Assembly (NCBI GenBank): GCA_050291625.1
Contig: JBNKKC010000127.1
Coordinates: 4,470-68,469 of the forward strand
Direction: 5' to 3'
From: Desulfobacteraceae bacterium
Lineage (GTDB): Bacteria; Desulfobacterota; Desulfobacteria; Desulfobacterales; Desulfosarcinaceae
DNA length: 64,000 nucleotides
The notes under the pieces were generated by a model. The model was not told where the DNA came from. It ran no database searches and saw only the letters and a list, made by a program, of their open reading frames with translations. A program made the position numbers and the translations under genes. Position 1 is the first letter of the stretch, and every line of letters begins with the position of its first letter. Positions 45,156 through 54,964 of this stretch are shown in pieces.

Positions 45156-47768
45156 ATGAGCAAAAAAACGATCAAGGCAATTATCATGGCATGGGGAGCA
45201 TGGTTTGTTTTCACCGGCTTTGCACTTGCGGCTTCCATCAGCAACGGTGAGTATACGGTTCAAGTCGCTATCGATCCTGCCATGGCCGAGGACAAGCCAT
45301 TTATCAATTCCATCAAAACGATGATGAAGGACGCATCGGACTACCTGCACAAGGCTACGAAGCAACAGGCGATGTTCAGCAAAGTGATCATCCTTGTTCC
45401 CGACAGCTGGTCGGATGATCCATCCTATCTTCCTGCCGGCGCCGAATCCGTCGCCTCGGCGGACATCTTTGTCGGTAAGAACATCGGCGGGGCCTATGCG
45501 ACGCCGGGTAAAATTTTCATCGATGACGGATCCATGGACGGGGATACCGTCGTTCATGAATGGGGGCATTACCGCTTTGGATTGGGCGACGAATATTGCG
45601 ACTACGTCTTGAAAGATGACGGCAGCGGAGCCATGAAGTGGTACCAGGTATACAAGACAGCCGCCGGCTGGAACCGATGCACGGCGCTGCAGACCATCGA
45701 GCGTGATTGCGACGAACGACTCCAGTCCGGCGCTGCATGCACCACAACGGTCAATGACGTCAATGGCGCCAAGGCCAGCATCATGCACAGACAGTGGAAT
45801 CCGGGTATCGATTCTTTTTGCGATAACGGTACGGATACAAAATACAAGCACAACAGCGCAGTCAATAATCATCAAAACCGCATCCATGGCCGCAAAAGCT
45901 GCTGGGAAGTCATCAATACGCATGCAGACGGCATCAAGATGAGCGGCGGCACAACCATTACCTATAAAGAGCCGGTATTCGAGGTCAAGAAGGCAGGCAA
46001 AGCGGAGGTCATTCTGGTTCTGGACGTCTCCGGTTCCATGGCCGGATCTCCTGTTCAAAACGCCGCCGCTGCAGCCCGGGCTTTTGTGGACCGTGCCGAA
46101 GAAGGGACCTGGATCGGCGTGGTCTCTTTTTCAACCTCTTCAAGTCTTCTTCTAGGACTGACAGAAGTAAAAGATGCAGCCTCGCGGGCGACGATCAAAG
46201 CGGCGATTCCGACGACAACCATCTCGCTGACATGTATCGGCTGTGGGATGCAGACCGCTTTGAACGAACTGAACGGCAGCTCCCGAAATATGGCCCAGAT
46301 GATGGCGCTCATGACCGACGGTGGAGAAAATGTCTCGCCGTATATCGCCGATGTGCTGCCATCCGTGGTGGCGGCCGGAGTGACGGTCAACACTATCGGT
46401 CTGGGCGCAGCAGCTGATGTCCAGATGCAGGATGTTGCCGATCAGACCGGCGGTCAATATTATTTCGCACCGGGAGGAGATCAACAGGCGCTGAGCGATG
46501 CGTTCATTACCATCGCCAACCAGACCAATCCGGTGCCGTCCGCTACGATTGAGAGCGCTTCAATTACCGTTCCGGGAAACGGGGGCACCAAGGCGCTGAC
46601 GGTCTACCTGGATAGCAGCATCGGCGCCAATACCGTTTTCAATATCACATTTTCCACCATAGATGTGGCCAAGGCCGATGTTACCGTAACCCAACCAAAC
46701 AGCACCGTCCTGGACGACAGCTATAGCGGATACATCTCCGACGCAAGCGCCAAGACCATCACCTTTCGGATTGACGGAACCGCGGCTGCGGGAACCTGGA
46801 CGGTCGATATAACGAACGACGATTCATCCGATACGACGGCTAATCTGTTGGTCGCATCATCGGCTCCTGCGGGGGTATCCCCCATCACCCTGACCGCCAA
46901 TCTGGTCTCTTCCAGCGTCACATTTCCGGATCCGGCGATCATTCGCGCATCCCTCACCTCAACCGAGGGCATTATACTTGCGAATGTCAGCGCCGAAGTA
47001 ACGAATCCGGACGGTTCCACCACCGACATTGAGCTTAAAGACGACGGTCAGGGCGCTGACAGCTTTCCGCTGGACGGCAACTACGCCTCATACTATACCG
47101 CCTACACCGGTTCGGGCAATTATACGGTGCGGGTTTATGCCGACAACTCATTCAACACTGCAGAAGTCGGCTCCCAGTTCAATGACAATTCAGGCTTCCA
47201 GAGCGATGTCGATCCCTTTGCCGGTGAAGGCAATCGACTGAACACGACTGAAGCCAATCTGGTCGCCGCCAGAGAGATGACAAAACCGGAAATGGCGTTG
47301 GCAAGCAATTTTCAGCGTTCGACATCCGCCGGCGGATTTAATTTGAGCAGCTGGTTTTCCGGCGACCAGATCGCACCGAGCAAGATCTCAACCTTGAGCA
47401 TCGTGGGCCGGGACAGCTCATCCATTTTGCTGACCTGGCTTGCCGTTGGGGACGACCTGGATTACGGCAGGGCATCGGCATATGATTTGCGGGTTTCAAC
47501 GACCAATATCACCGATGACAACGACTTTGACAATGCCGATCAGGTAACCGGCGTCGGTGCACCTCAGGACGCCGGGGCCGGTGAAACTTATACCGTCAGC
47601 GGTTTATCCGCCGGTACCACCTACTATTTTGCCATCAAAGCGATAGATGACGCGGGCAACAGCGGCAGCATGTCCAATGTATACTCCGGAAGCACATCCG
47701 GCGACGGCGGCAGCAGCGGCGGTGGCGGCGGCGGTGGCGGCGGCTGTTTCATCACCACTGTTCATTGA
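45156..47768 (+). CDS. Secreted CLCA-like protein: N-terminal HExxH metalloprotease, VWA domain, Ig-like domains, FN3, and a Gly-rich Cys tail
   Basis: A signal peptide, HEWGHYRFGLGDEY, the VWA MIDAS VLDVSGSMAG, FN3-like ISTLSIVGRDSSSILLTWLAVGDDLDYGRASAYDLRVS and AGTTYYFAIKAIDDAGN, and the tail GDGGSSGGGGGGGGGCFITTVH. Confidence 0.75.
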   Translation: MSKKTIKAIIMAWGAWFVFTGFALAASISNGEYTVQVAIDPAMAEDKPFINSIKTMMKDASDYLHKATKQQAMFSKVIILVPDSWSDDPSYLPAGAESVASADIFVGKNIGGAYATPGKIFIDDGSMDGDTVVHEWGHYRFGLGDEYCDYVLKDDGSGAMKWYQVYKTAAGWNRCTALQTIERDCDERLQSGAACTTTVNDVNGAKASIMHRQWNPGIDSFCDNGTDTKYKHNSAVNNHQNRIHGRKSCWEVINTHADGIKMSGGTTITYKEPVFEVKKAGKAEVILVLDVSGSMAGSPVQNAAAAARAFVDRAEEGTWIGVVSFSTSSSLLLGLTEVKDAASRATIKAAIPTTTISLTCIGCGMQTALNELNGSSRNMAQMMALMTDGGENVSPYIADVLPSVVAAGVTVNTIGLGAAADVQMQDVADQTGGQYYFAPGGDQQALSDAFITIANQTNPVPSATIESASITVPGNGGTKALTVYLDSSIGANTVFNITFSTIDVAKADVTVTQPNSTVLDDSYSGYISDASAKTITFRIDGTAAAGTWTVDITNDDSSDTTANLLVASSAPAGVSPITLTANLVSSSVTFPDPAIIRASLTSTEGIILANVSAEVTNPDGSTTDIELKDDGQGADSFPLDGNYASYYTAYTGSGNYTVRVYADNSFNTAEVGSQFNDNSGFQSDVDPFAGEGNRLNTTEANLVAAREMTKPEMALASNFQRSTSAGGFNLSSWFSGDQIAPSKISTLSIVGRDSSSILLTWLAVGDDLDYGRASAYDLRVSTTNITDDNDFDNADQVTGVGAPQDAGAGETYTVSGLSAGTTYYFAIKAIDDAGNSGSMSNVYSGSTSGDGGSSGGGGGGGGGCFITTVH

Positions 47769-47788
47769 CGGAAAGCATATGCCCTAAC

Positions 47789-47817
47789 CTGGCGGGCAGC
47801 ATCCCGCTGTCCGCCAG
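47789..47817. terminator. Hairpin between convergent genes, a possible bidirectional terminator
   Basis: ctggcgggcag-catcccg-ctgtccgccag forms a stem with 10 of 11 bp paired. There is no strong U tract. Confidence 0.3.
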
Positions 47818-47883
47818 CCTTGTCACGAATTTATCTTCCGTAAAGACCCTGAGTCCAACGGAAAAACAATGGCCATCTTAGTC

Positions 47884-48414
47884 CTATTTCACCTTCTCGA
47901 CCGGATAGTTCGCGCCTTTCCAGGCGAAGATACCGCCCGGATGGCGATAGACATTTTTATACCCTAGTTTGATCGCCCAGGCGGCGCCGTTGTGGCTGCG
48001 GGTGCATTTGACAAATCCGCAGTAGATCACGATCGGTTTGTCTTTGTCGGTTCCCAGCAGATCGGTATAGTCCTTCCGGGTTTTGCCGCCGGTCTGCTCG
48101 GCGTCCCATGTCTTCATCTCAGGGATGGGAAATTCAAACTGAACGGCGCCGGGCACATGCTGCTTTTTGTAGCTATCCTTGTACGGCATGGTATCCACGA
48201 TGATCATCTGCCTTCCGTCATCGATCCATTGCTTGAGTTCGGCCGTGGTGACGATATCGTAGCCGCCCCGCTGGATCTCCCGAGCCAGTTTCACGGCAGA
48301 CGCTTCCGTGTCCACCTCTTTTTCGAATTTGTTCTTAGCCGCTGCCGTACCGTATAGACCGAAAACCAGCCATACCGCCACCAAGAGTTTCAACACGTTT
48401 CTAAACATACGCAT
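47884..48414 (-). CDS. Secreted rhodanese-domain sulfurtransferase
   Basis: A signal peptide and the active-site loop IVIYCGFVKCTRSHNGA followed by GYKNVYRHPGGIFAW. Confidence 0.8.
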   Translation of the reverse strand: MRMFRNVLKLLVAVWLVFGLYGTAAAKNKFEKEVDTEASAVKLAREIQRGGYDIVTTAELKQWIDDGRQMIIVDTMPYKDSYKKQHVPGAVQFEFPIPEMKTWDAEQTGGKTRKDYTDLLGTDKDKPIVIYCGFVKCTRSHNGAAWAIKLGYKNVYRHPGGIFAWKGANYPVEKVK

Positions 48415-48433
48415 CTTCCTTTCTGTTCTATGT

Positions 48434-48913
48434 TCATTTTTTTATGGTCAGTTGGAATAGATTGACGGGTTTGATCCGTCGGATACGACGCCATCCAAAA
48501 ACAAAAACGGCCATCGCAAACATGAGCAGATCGCGAAAGATGGCGGCTCTGATGTCATGAAATGCTTCCGCTTCCGGATCGCCGGCGCCGAAGCAGCCGC
48601 AATCCACATCCAGCCCTATCCATAAACCGTATGACAGGAAAGCCAAAAAACACACCAGCAATCCGGCAATCACCGAAAGACTGCCCCTGACGTCAAACAG
48701 CAATCCGACTCCGGCAGCCACTTCCAGAAAGGCCAGGCTGCATGCCGCCGGCAGAAGCAACAGGTCCGGCACAATACCATAATCTCCGATAAGGACGGCG
48801 AAGGAAACGGGATCATGCAGCTTTCGGATGCCGGCATAAACAAACGCGGCTCCAAGCACCCAGCGAGTCACTCTATATATCCAATCCAATCTATTCATGA
48901 GCGGCAGAGGCAC
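48434..48913 (-). CDS. MauE/DoxX-family membrane protein
   Basis: A 159-aa four-TM protein with FVYAGIRKLHDP and the CGCFG motif. It is paired with the rhodanese gene. Confidence 0.7.
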   Translation of the reverse strand: MPLPLMNRLDWIYRVTRWVLGAAFVYAGIRKLHDPVSFAVLIGDYGIVPDLLLLPAACSLAFLEVAAGVGLLFDVRGSLSVIAGLLVCFLAFLSYGLWIGLDVDCGCFGAGDPEAEAFHDIRAAIFRDLLMFAMAVFVFGWRRIRRIKPVNLFQLTIKK

Positions 48914-49243
48914 AGGTCCACATGATCTTCGGCGTCAGCGCCTGTCAAAAAAGTTGGCAAACTAAATCATAGACACACTCAATAGATCAAATTGATTGTT
49001 TATATATAATAAAGCGCTTGTATTGATTTTCCCAATGAAACGGGACAATAGATGCTGCGTACGTGCTTGACCCATCGCCGGAAGTGGCCTATGGTTTATC
49101 TAGCCCCAACGCCCAACGTCTCTTTCTGGATTTGGTTATGGAAGCTTGAGTCTGCCTGGACCCTGAAGCAGGTGATCCGATCCGGTCTATCAAGGGCGCT
49201 AACGTTTGCTCAACCTCATTTAATCCGATAACAGGCAATTGAG

Positions 49244-50767
49244 ATGGCTCAAAAACCTTCCTATGAAGAGCTGCAACAGCGTGTCAGAGAATTGGAACAG
49301 GTGGTTAAAGACCGCCAGGCAGAACTGTTTCTCGAAAAAGAACGGGCGGCGGCAGCCAGCCAGGCGAAAAGTGATTTTCTGGCGAACATGTCCCATGAGT
49401 TGAGAACGCCGTTGAACGCCATTCTTGGATTCAGCCGCCTGCTGGAACGGGAAGCGTCCATCCCCAAGCCCCAAATGGAGCAATTGAAGCTGATTCACAA
49501 CAGCGGCAAACATCTGCTGGCCCTGATTGACGACATGCTCGATATGGCAAAAATTGAAGCCGGTCGCGTCGAGCTGAATCCGCAACGCGTAGAGCTGGCC
49601 GTTTTCATCCGGGAGATAGCGGGCACCTTTCATACACGGGCGGCCGAGCAATACCTGAAATTCAAAGTGGAACAGGAGAGGCCTTTGCCCGACCATATCC
49701 GCTGCGACCAGGGAAAGCTGCGCCAGATTCTGTTCAGCCTGCTGGCCAATGCCATCCGGAACACGCCTGCCAGGGGTGCCGTCAGTTTGAATGTGTCAGT
49801 CGAAGCGCCCCTGCCGGCCTTTTCAACGCCCCAAATCCTGCTGCGCTTCGATGTCGCCGACAGCGGCAGCAGTATCACACCTGATCAGGTTGAAGCCATT
49901 TTCGAGCCCTTTGCCCAGGCAGGGTACCAGAGCGGCGCCAAGACCGGCACCGGTCTGGGCTTGGCTATCAGCAGACGCAATGCACAACTGATGGGCGGCG
50001 ACATCAAGGTTGAAAGCCAATCTGAAGGCGGCACGGTCTTCACTCTGACGCTTCCGGTTCAGATTATGGGCTCCACCCCCAAGCCAAAGCCTGAAACACC
50101 GCCAAGAATCATCGGTCTGGCCGAAGGTCAACCCCTATATCGCGTTTTAGTGGCCGATGATACAGACATCAGCCGCTATCTGCTCGAAGATATGGTCAGA
50201 ACACTGGGGTTTAACATCCAATCGGTCGAAAACGGTGAACAGGCCGTTGAACAATTTTTCGCATGGCGGCCCGATCTGATCTTTATGGATATTCGTATGC
50301 CGGTATTGGATGGCATAGCGGCCTGCAAGGCCATCAAGATCACGCCTGAAGGCCGCAAGACGCCAATTATTGCCGTCACTGCCCATAGCCTTGAATCGGA
50401 GCGTCAAGCGATTATCGATGCCGGGTTCGACGATTTCGTCTGCAAGCCGTTGGACGAAAACGAGCTCTATCGCAAGCTGGCGTATCATTTGAAACTGAAA
50501 TTGGTCCATGAAGACCTTCACATTGAAGGGGACGAAGGCGCTGATGACACAGCGGACTCTGAACCCGGGAATGGTTTCGAAACGCTGCCGCTTGAGACCA
50601 GGACGGCTTTGGAAGCCGCAGCAGTCATGCTGGATATCGAACAAACCAAGGCTGTCATCGAAACGATCCGCGCCCATCATACCGCCACTGCCGACACGCT
50701 GACCCAATGGCTCGAATCCTTTCAATTCGGTAAAATAATCGCAGCGGCACGCACTCCCGGCAAATGA
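49244..50767 (+). CDS. Soluble hybrid sensor histidine kinase (coiled coil, HisKA, HATPase_c, receiver, C-terminal helical domain)
   Basis: H-box [12 protein letters not shown]-box [10 protein letters not shown]-box GTGLGLAIS, and a receiver with [10 protein letters not shown]. There is no TM or recognisable sensor domain. Confidence 0.85.
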   Translation: MAQKPSYEELQQRVRELEQVVKDRQAELFLEKERAAAASQAKSDFLANMSHELRTPLNAILGFSRLLEREASIPKPQMEQLKLIHNSGKHLLALIDDMLDMAKIEAGRVELNPQRVELAVFIREIAGTFHTRAAEQYLKFKVEQERPLPDHIRCDQGKLRQILFSLLANAIRNTPARGAVSLNVSVEAPLPAFSTPQILLRFDVADSGSSITPDQVEAIFEPFAQAGYQSGAKTGTGLGLAISRRNAQLMGGDIKVESQSEGGTVFTLTLPVQIMGSTPKPKPETPPRIIGLAEGQPLYRVLVADDTDISRYLLEDMVRTLGFNIQSVENGEQAVEQFFAWRPDLIFMDIRMPVLDGIAACKAIKITPEGRKTPIIAVTAHSLESERQAIIDAGFDDFVCKPLDENELYRKLAYHLKLKLVHEDLHIEGDEGADDTADSEPGNGFETLPLETRTALEAAAVMLDIEQTKAVIETIRAHHTATADTLTQWLESFQFGKIIAAARTPGK

Positions 50768-50779
50768 GAAAGAGTTGAT

Positions 50780-52342
50780 GTGGCAAACCAGGAATCATCC
50801 GCACGGTTGGACAAACTGGCCGATGAGATCTACAAGGCGCTGGCTGCGCAGTTCCCGGTCTGCCTCTCCAGCGATGAGTTCCACTTCTTCCCGCATTTCA
50901 GGTCCGAGGTCTCGGACGAATCAGCCTGGGACGATTTTTCAGATGGAGCCATACGTCATTTTTTCGCCGATGTCCGGCAATGGCAGATCCGACTCGACGC
51001 ATTGAGACCCCGGTTGCCGGACGCTGCCATGACCACAGACATCGACCTGTTGACCAGAGTGTTGACCACACTGTACGAACAGTTCAAGCGGGTCTGCGTT
51101 CACCAAACCCAGCCGACATTCTACCTGACAATTATCAGTATTGGCTTGGCTGACGCATTGACCGAGTCCCGTCGGACCTTGGAGAGACGCATCGCCGCCT
51201 TGCCGGCCTTTTTGGAAACCGCCCTGGCCAGCCTGAACAGGGTGCCGGAGGTGGCTGCCGAAGTGGCCCGGAAGATGGTCACAGGGTTGACCGCCTGGAT
51301 ATCCGCCCTGCCTCTGACCAATGCCGAGCGTCATGCGGCTGTGAAGACACTCGACTGGTTTCACGCGCATCTGGACCGGATCGATACGGTGCCTGATTTT
51401 CATTTGCCGGGCGATCTGTATGCACGTGTTGCCGATTACCACATGGGCTGCCAGATGGGGCTTGAAGAGATTGAATGGCATCTGAACCAGGAGATCGAAG
51501 CAGCGCAAAACCGTTTGTCGGAATCGGCCGGTAGAATATCCGGCCGGCAGACATGGCAGGAGGTTTTTCAGAGTCTTCCGTCTCCGGCCGCCACCCAAAA
51601 CAATGTCCGGGCGCTTTACAGAGGGGGGATTGCCAAACTCAAAAGCCACTGCCTCAGGCAGGGATTTTTCAGCGACCATCAGACCACCGGAAGTGAGGTC
51701 GAGATCAAGACCATTGCCGAGCATATGATACCCGTTCGCGCCAATGCCGCCTACAGCATGCCGCCCGGCCATCCACCCAAGGGCGGTGTCTTTTATATTC
51801 TTCCCACGAACCGGCAACCGGTGCCGCGGGATATGATGCTGCTGGCCGCACACGAAACCTATCCCGGCCACCACCTGCTGGACACCATTCGATGGAACCA
51901 GCGCCGCATTCTGCGGCGGTGCCTGGAGTTTCCCCTTTTTTACGAAGGGTGGGCCAGTTTCTGCGAAGAGATTCTTTTCGACAGCGAATTCTTTTCCGGA
52001 CCGGCAGACAGCCTGATGATGGCCAAACGCCGCTTCTGGCGTGCGATGCGCGGCAGAACCGAGCTGCGAATCCATACCGGCAGATGTTCGCTGGAAGAAG
52101 CGGCACGGGAACTCGCCGTGGTGGGGTTGGTCGACGAAGAACAGGCCCTGGCCATGGTTCGTCGCTATGCGCTCAAACCCGGCTATCAGCTGGCTTACGC
52201 CATCGGACGCCGGAAATTTCGACAGCTATATACCGCTTTTTTGGGACAGGGGCAGCCCCCTGCGCAATTTGTGCGCAACGTCCTTGCCCACGGCGAAATC
52301 GGTTTCGACCATCTGGCCGAACGCCTGCTCTACACGACATGA
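50780..52342 (+). CDS. DUF885-family protein (putative metallohydrolase fold)
   Basis: A 520-aa protein with the HETYPGHH motif characteristic of DUF885. GTG start 12 nt after the kinase stop. Confidence 0.65.
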   Translation: MANQESSARLDKLADEIYKALAAQFPVCLSSDEFHFFPHFRSEVSDESAWDDFSDGAIRHFFADVRQWQIRLDALRPRLPDAAMTTDIDLLTRVLTTLYEQFKRVCVHQTQPTFYLTIISIGLADALTESRRTLERRIAALPAFLETALASLNRVPEVAAEVARKMVTGLTAWISALPLTNAERHAAVKTLDWFHAHLDRIDTVPDFHLPGDLYARVADYHMGCQMGLEEIEWHLNQEIEAAQNRLSESAGRISGRQTWQEVFQSLPSPAATQNNVRALYRGGIAKLKSHCLRQGFFSDHQTTGSEVEIKTIAEHMIPVRANAAYSMPPGHPPKGGVFYILPTNRQPVPRDMMLLAAHETYPGHHLLDTIRWNQRRILRRCLEFPLFYEGWASFCEEILFDSEFFSGPADSLMMAKRRFWRAMRGRTELRIHTGRCSLEEAARELAVVGLVDEEQALAMVRRYALKPGYQLAYAIGRRKFRQLYTAFLGQGQPPAQFVRNVLAHGEIGFDHLAERLLYTT

Positions 52343-53748
52343 AACGGAGATGCGCAGTGAAAGATTTTTTAGGGTATCATTCGGAATGGAACCTGGGCAG
52401 TCCAGGCGGATGGGATTATCAGCGCCTGACACAGAAAATCGCCAAATCGGCATGGCAGGCCTTGAACCGGATACACCCGGTGGATCTCGATCTTGATTTC
52501 GATCACCCGCTGCTCTGCCCGGTGGAAGGATTCACGCAGATGGTGCTGGAAGAGCACCGTCGCAGAGAAGGCAATAATCCGGGTGCCATTGCAGTCGTGG
52601 CGGAAGAGGAAACACTGGTGGATGTGACCGAGAACATCAACTTTGCCCGACGTCTGGACCGGGCCGAGGGAATTACCGGCATCCTGTCGGCCCCCCACGA
52701 GTTCGAGATCCGCAATGGACGGGTATGCCACCAGGGGCGCACCGTCTCATTGATCTTTATGGACTTCAACAACGATGTCCTGCTCAAGCTGCATCGTAAA
52801 CACGACTTGAGTCCGTTGATCCAGATGGTGTCCGAAGGCCGCGTGCTGAACCCACGGGGCACCGAGCCCATTAACGTCAAGAGCATGTTCGAGGTCATTA
52901 CCACTGAATCCCTGTCCGACCGGTTTCAACCCGAAACGGTTCAACGAACTCCCTGGACGCGTCGTTTTTTCGAGCGAAAGACAACGGGGCCGCAGGCGGA
53001 GCCCATCGACGACCTCGTTGCTTGGACGCGGGCCAACTGGCGGCGACTGGTGCTCAAACCCGAACGGGGATACTCGGGCATCGGTGTAAAGGTCGGCCAG
53101 ATCCATCCCGATGCCGACAAGGCCATCGAAACCGCCTTGACAAGCGGGCATTACATCGTCCAGGAAAAAGTGTCGCTTCCTTTATGGGCCGAAGAGATGC
53201 CCGAGATCGACCAAGACGGGAAACAGCCGATATTGACGCGGCGCCAGACCGATTTCCGGTGCCTGTTGGGACCGGGCACGGTGTTCGGCTTTCTGGGGCG
53301 TTTTGGGGATGTGCCCACCAATGTGGGCAGCGGTGGCGGTGTTCAGCCCATAGCCGTATTGCGGTCAAACATACCGGTCCGCGAAGCCGTGCAGCGTCTC
53401 AATCAAATCCTGATGGAGCTGCCCTACGACCACCTCAACGAGCTGGACCAACGCCAGAAGGAGCTGGCTGTCCAGGAACGGTTTACTTACCTGTTGGGCC
53501 CCATCAAAATTGCCTTGCGCCCAAGATTGTTGACGGTTTCACAGCTGGAGGCCTTGAAGCGGTATTGCGCTGCCATGTGGAAGGACAGCTTAACCCTTGA
53601 AAAGATGTGGCACACCGGTCAGCTGGAGGCCTACATTGACATTGAGGAGGAGGAGCTGGCCATAGCGCGCCTGCAGCCCTGGCGCGGCGGTCCGGCGATC
53701 TTCGCAGCCGACGGTCTGTTCAGCTTCGGCGCACATCCGGAGAAGTGA
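52339..53748 (+). CDS. Protein with an unknown N-terminal domain and a C-terminal ATP-grasp-like domain
   Basis: ATGA overlap with the DUF885 stop. LVLKPERGYSGIGVKVG, YIVQEKV, DFRCLL and NVGSGGG follow the ATP-grasp motif order. The long in-frame N-terminal extension in the ORF track overlaps the DUF885 gene and is not used here. Confidence 0.55.
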   Translation: MKRRCAVKDFLGYHSEWNLGSPGGWDYQRLTQKIAKSAWQALNRIHPVDLDLDFDHPLLCPVEGFTQMVLEEHRRREGNNPGAIAVVAEEETLVDVTENINFARRLDRAEGITGILSAPHEFEIRNGRVCHQGRTVSLIFMDFNNDVLLKLHRKHDLSPLIQMVSEGRVLNPRGTEPINVKSMFEVITTESLSDRFQPETVQRTPWTRRFFERKTTGPQAEPIDDLVAWTRANWRRLVLKPERGYSGIGVKVGQIHPDADKAIETALTSGHYIVQEKVSLPLWAEEMPEIDQDGKQPILTRRQTDFRCLLGPGTVFGFLGRFGDVPTNVGSGGGVQPIAVLRSNIPVREAVQRLNQILMELPYDHLNELDQRQKELAVQERFTYLLGPIKIALRPRLLTVSQLEALKRYCAAMWKDSLTLEKMWHTGQLEAYIDIEEEELAIARLQPWRGGPAIFAADGLFSFGAHPEK

Positions 53749-54548
53749 TGAGCATTCATGTAGAACCCGACTGGTGGAAATCTCTATTTGACGAAGTCTA
53801 TCTAATGACCGATGCCCGCAGTGTGCGCAACGACGCATTGACCGAAAAAGAGGTGGCTCTGCTGTGCGAGCTGGTCCCTCTCAGGCCGGGGCACAAGGTC
53901 CTCGATCTGTGCGGAGGACAGGGGCGCCACTCACTGGCATTGAGCCGACGCGGCTTTGCCCAATGCACCGTTTTCGATTACTCCGACACCCTGCTGCGCA
54001 TCGGCGCCAGCGAGGCGAAGCACTTGAATCTGCCCGTAAAATTTATTCAGGGCGATGCCCGCAACATCCAGCTGCCGGCGGCCAGCTTTCACCATGTTTT
54101 GATTCTTGGCAACTCTTTAGGCTACGCCGACGGCGACGGCGATGATCTCCAAATGATCCGTGAAGCCCGCCGGGTCCTGACCGGCGGCGGCTGGTTGGTC
54201 GTCGATGTGACCGATGGGGAGGCCGTGCGGAAACATTTCAATCCGAACGCCTGGCATGAGATCGGCGACGACATCGTGGTTTGCCGTCAGCGCGAAATCA
54301 CGGCATCGATGATCTGTGCCCGGGAAATGGTGCTCAACAAACGATCGGGCATGGTGCGGGACCGGACATACGGCATGCATCTGTATGAGGCCGCATCGCT
54401 GGAAGCCCTTGTCTTAGACGCCGGATTTGCACAGGTCCGCCTGCATAAAGATTTCACTCCATACAGCGGCGCCGGCGATGTGGGCTTCATGAACCACCGC
54501 ATGATCGTCACGGCGCAAAAATTGGGTCATATGACCCAATTTGATTAG
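53748..54548 (+). CDS. Class I SAM-dependent methyltransferase
   Basis: VLDLCGGQGRHSLAL motif I. TGATG overlap with the upstream stop. Confidence 0.8.
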   Translation: MSIHVEPDWWKSLFDEVYLMTDARSVRNDALTEKEVALLCELVPLRPGHKVLDLCGGQGRHSLALSRRGFAQCTVFDYSDTLLRIGASEAKHLNLPVKFIQGDARNIQLPAASFHHVLILGNSLGYADGDGDDLQMIREARRVLTGGGWLVVDVTDGEAVRKHFNPNAWHEIGDDIVVCRQREITASMICAREMVLNKRSGMVRDRTYGMHLYEAASLEALVLDAGFAQVRLHKDFTPYSGAGDVGFMNHRMIVTAQKLGHMTQFD

Positions 54549-54560
54549 GCAATACCGCCC

Positions 54561-54590
54561 AATAGGGCTCATCGCCGCGGCCCTATTTCA
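54561..54590 (+). terminator. Possible weak rho-independent terminator after the four-gene operon
   Basis: aatagggc-tcatcgccgcg-gccctatt followed by a short T-containing tail. Confidence 0.3.
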
Positions 54591-54964
54591 TCCGATATCT
54601 GAAGTAACCCACTAAAAAAATTAAAATACTTTACACACACGGCGCTCTGGCAAACGTTTTGCTAAGCATCCTTCATGAGATCTTGCGGTATCTGAACCAG
54701 AAGTGGAACCTGGATGAGATTGAGTTGGAGTTGCTGAGCTGTCATGAGATTTGAAACACACGCTGAAAACGGAAACACTGCAACGTCTCGCAAAAAAGCG
54801 CCCTTGATGGGATAAGTTACTGGGCTCCTGCTGCACTGAATACCCCAACAGAAGCGACAGCTCGAATTACCCTCCCGCTTGTTCCGTCAGGGGCGCAATT
54901 ATTCCGTCAGTGCACACTCGGAATCGGCCTTTTTTCGTTCAACGATCAGCCGGCACCCAATCGG

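Noticed and set aside
51892-52338. The N-terminal 149 codons of the 618-aa ORF 51892-53748
   Set aside because: This part overlaps the DUF885 gene in another frame and translates to Arg/Pro/Gly-rich sequence. An ATG at 52339 overlapping the DUF885 stop (ATGA) gives a sensible start for the ATP-grasp-like protein.
54608-54758. An open frame encoding ...KKIKILYTHGALANVLLSILHEILRYLNQKWNLDEIELELLSCHEI-stop, and the 75-aa minus ORF at 54621-54848
   Set aside because: The plus frame has no ATG, GTG or TTG start after the upstream in-frame stop. It could be a gene remnant, but this cannot be supported. The minus ORF is Ser/Arg/Cys-rich with no start context.
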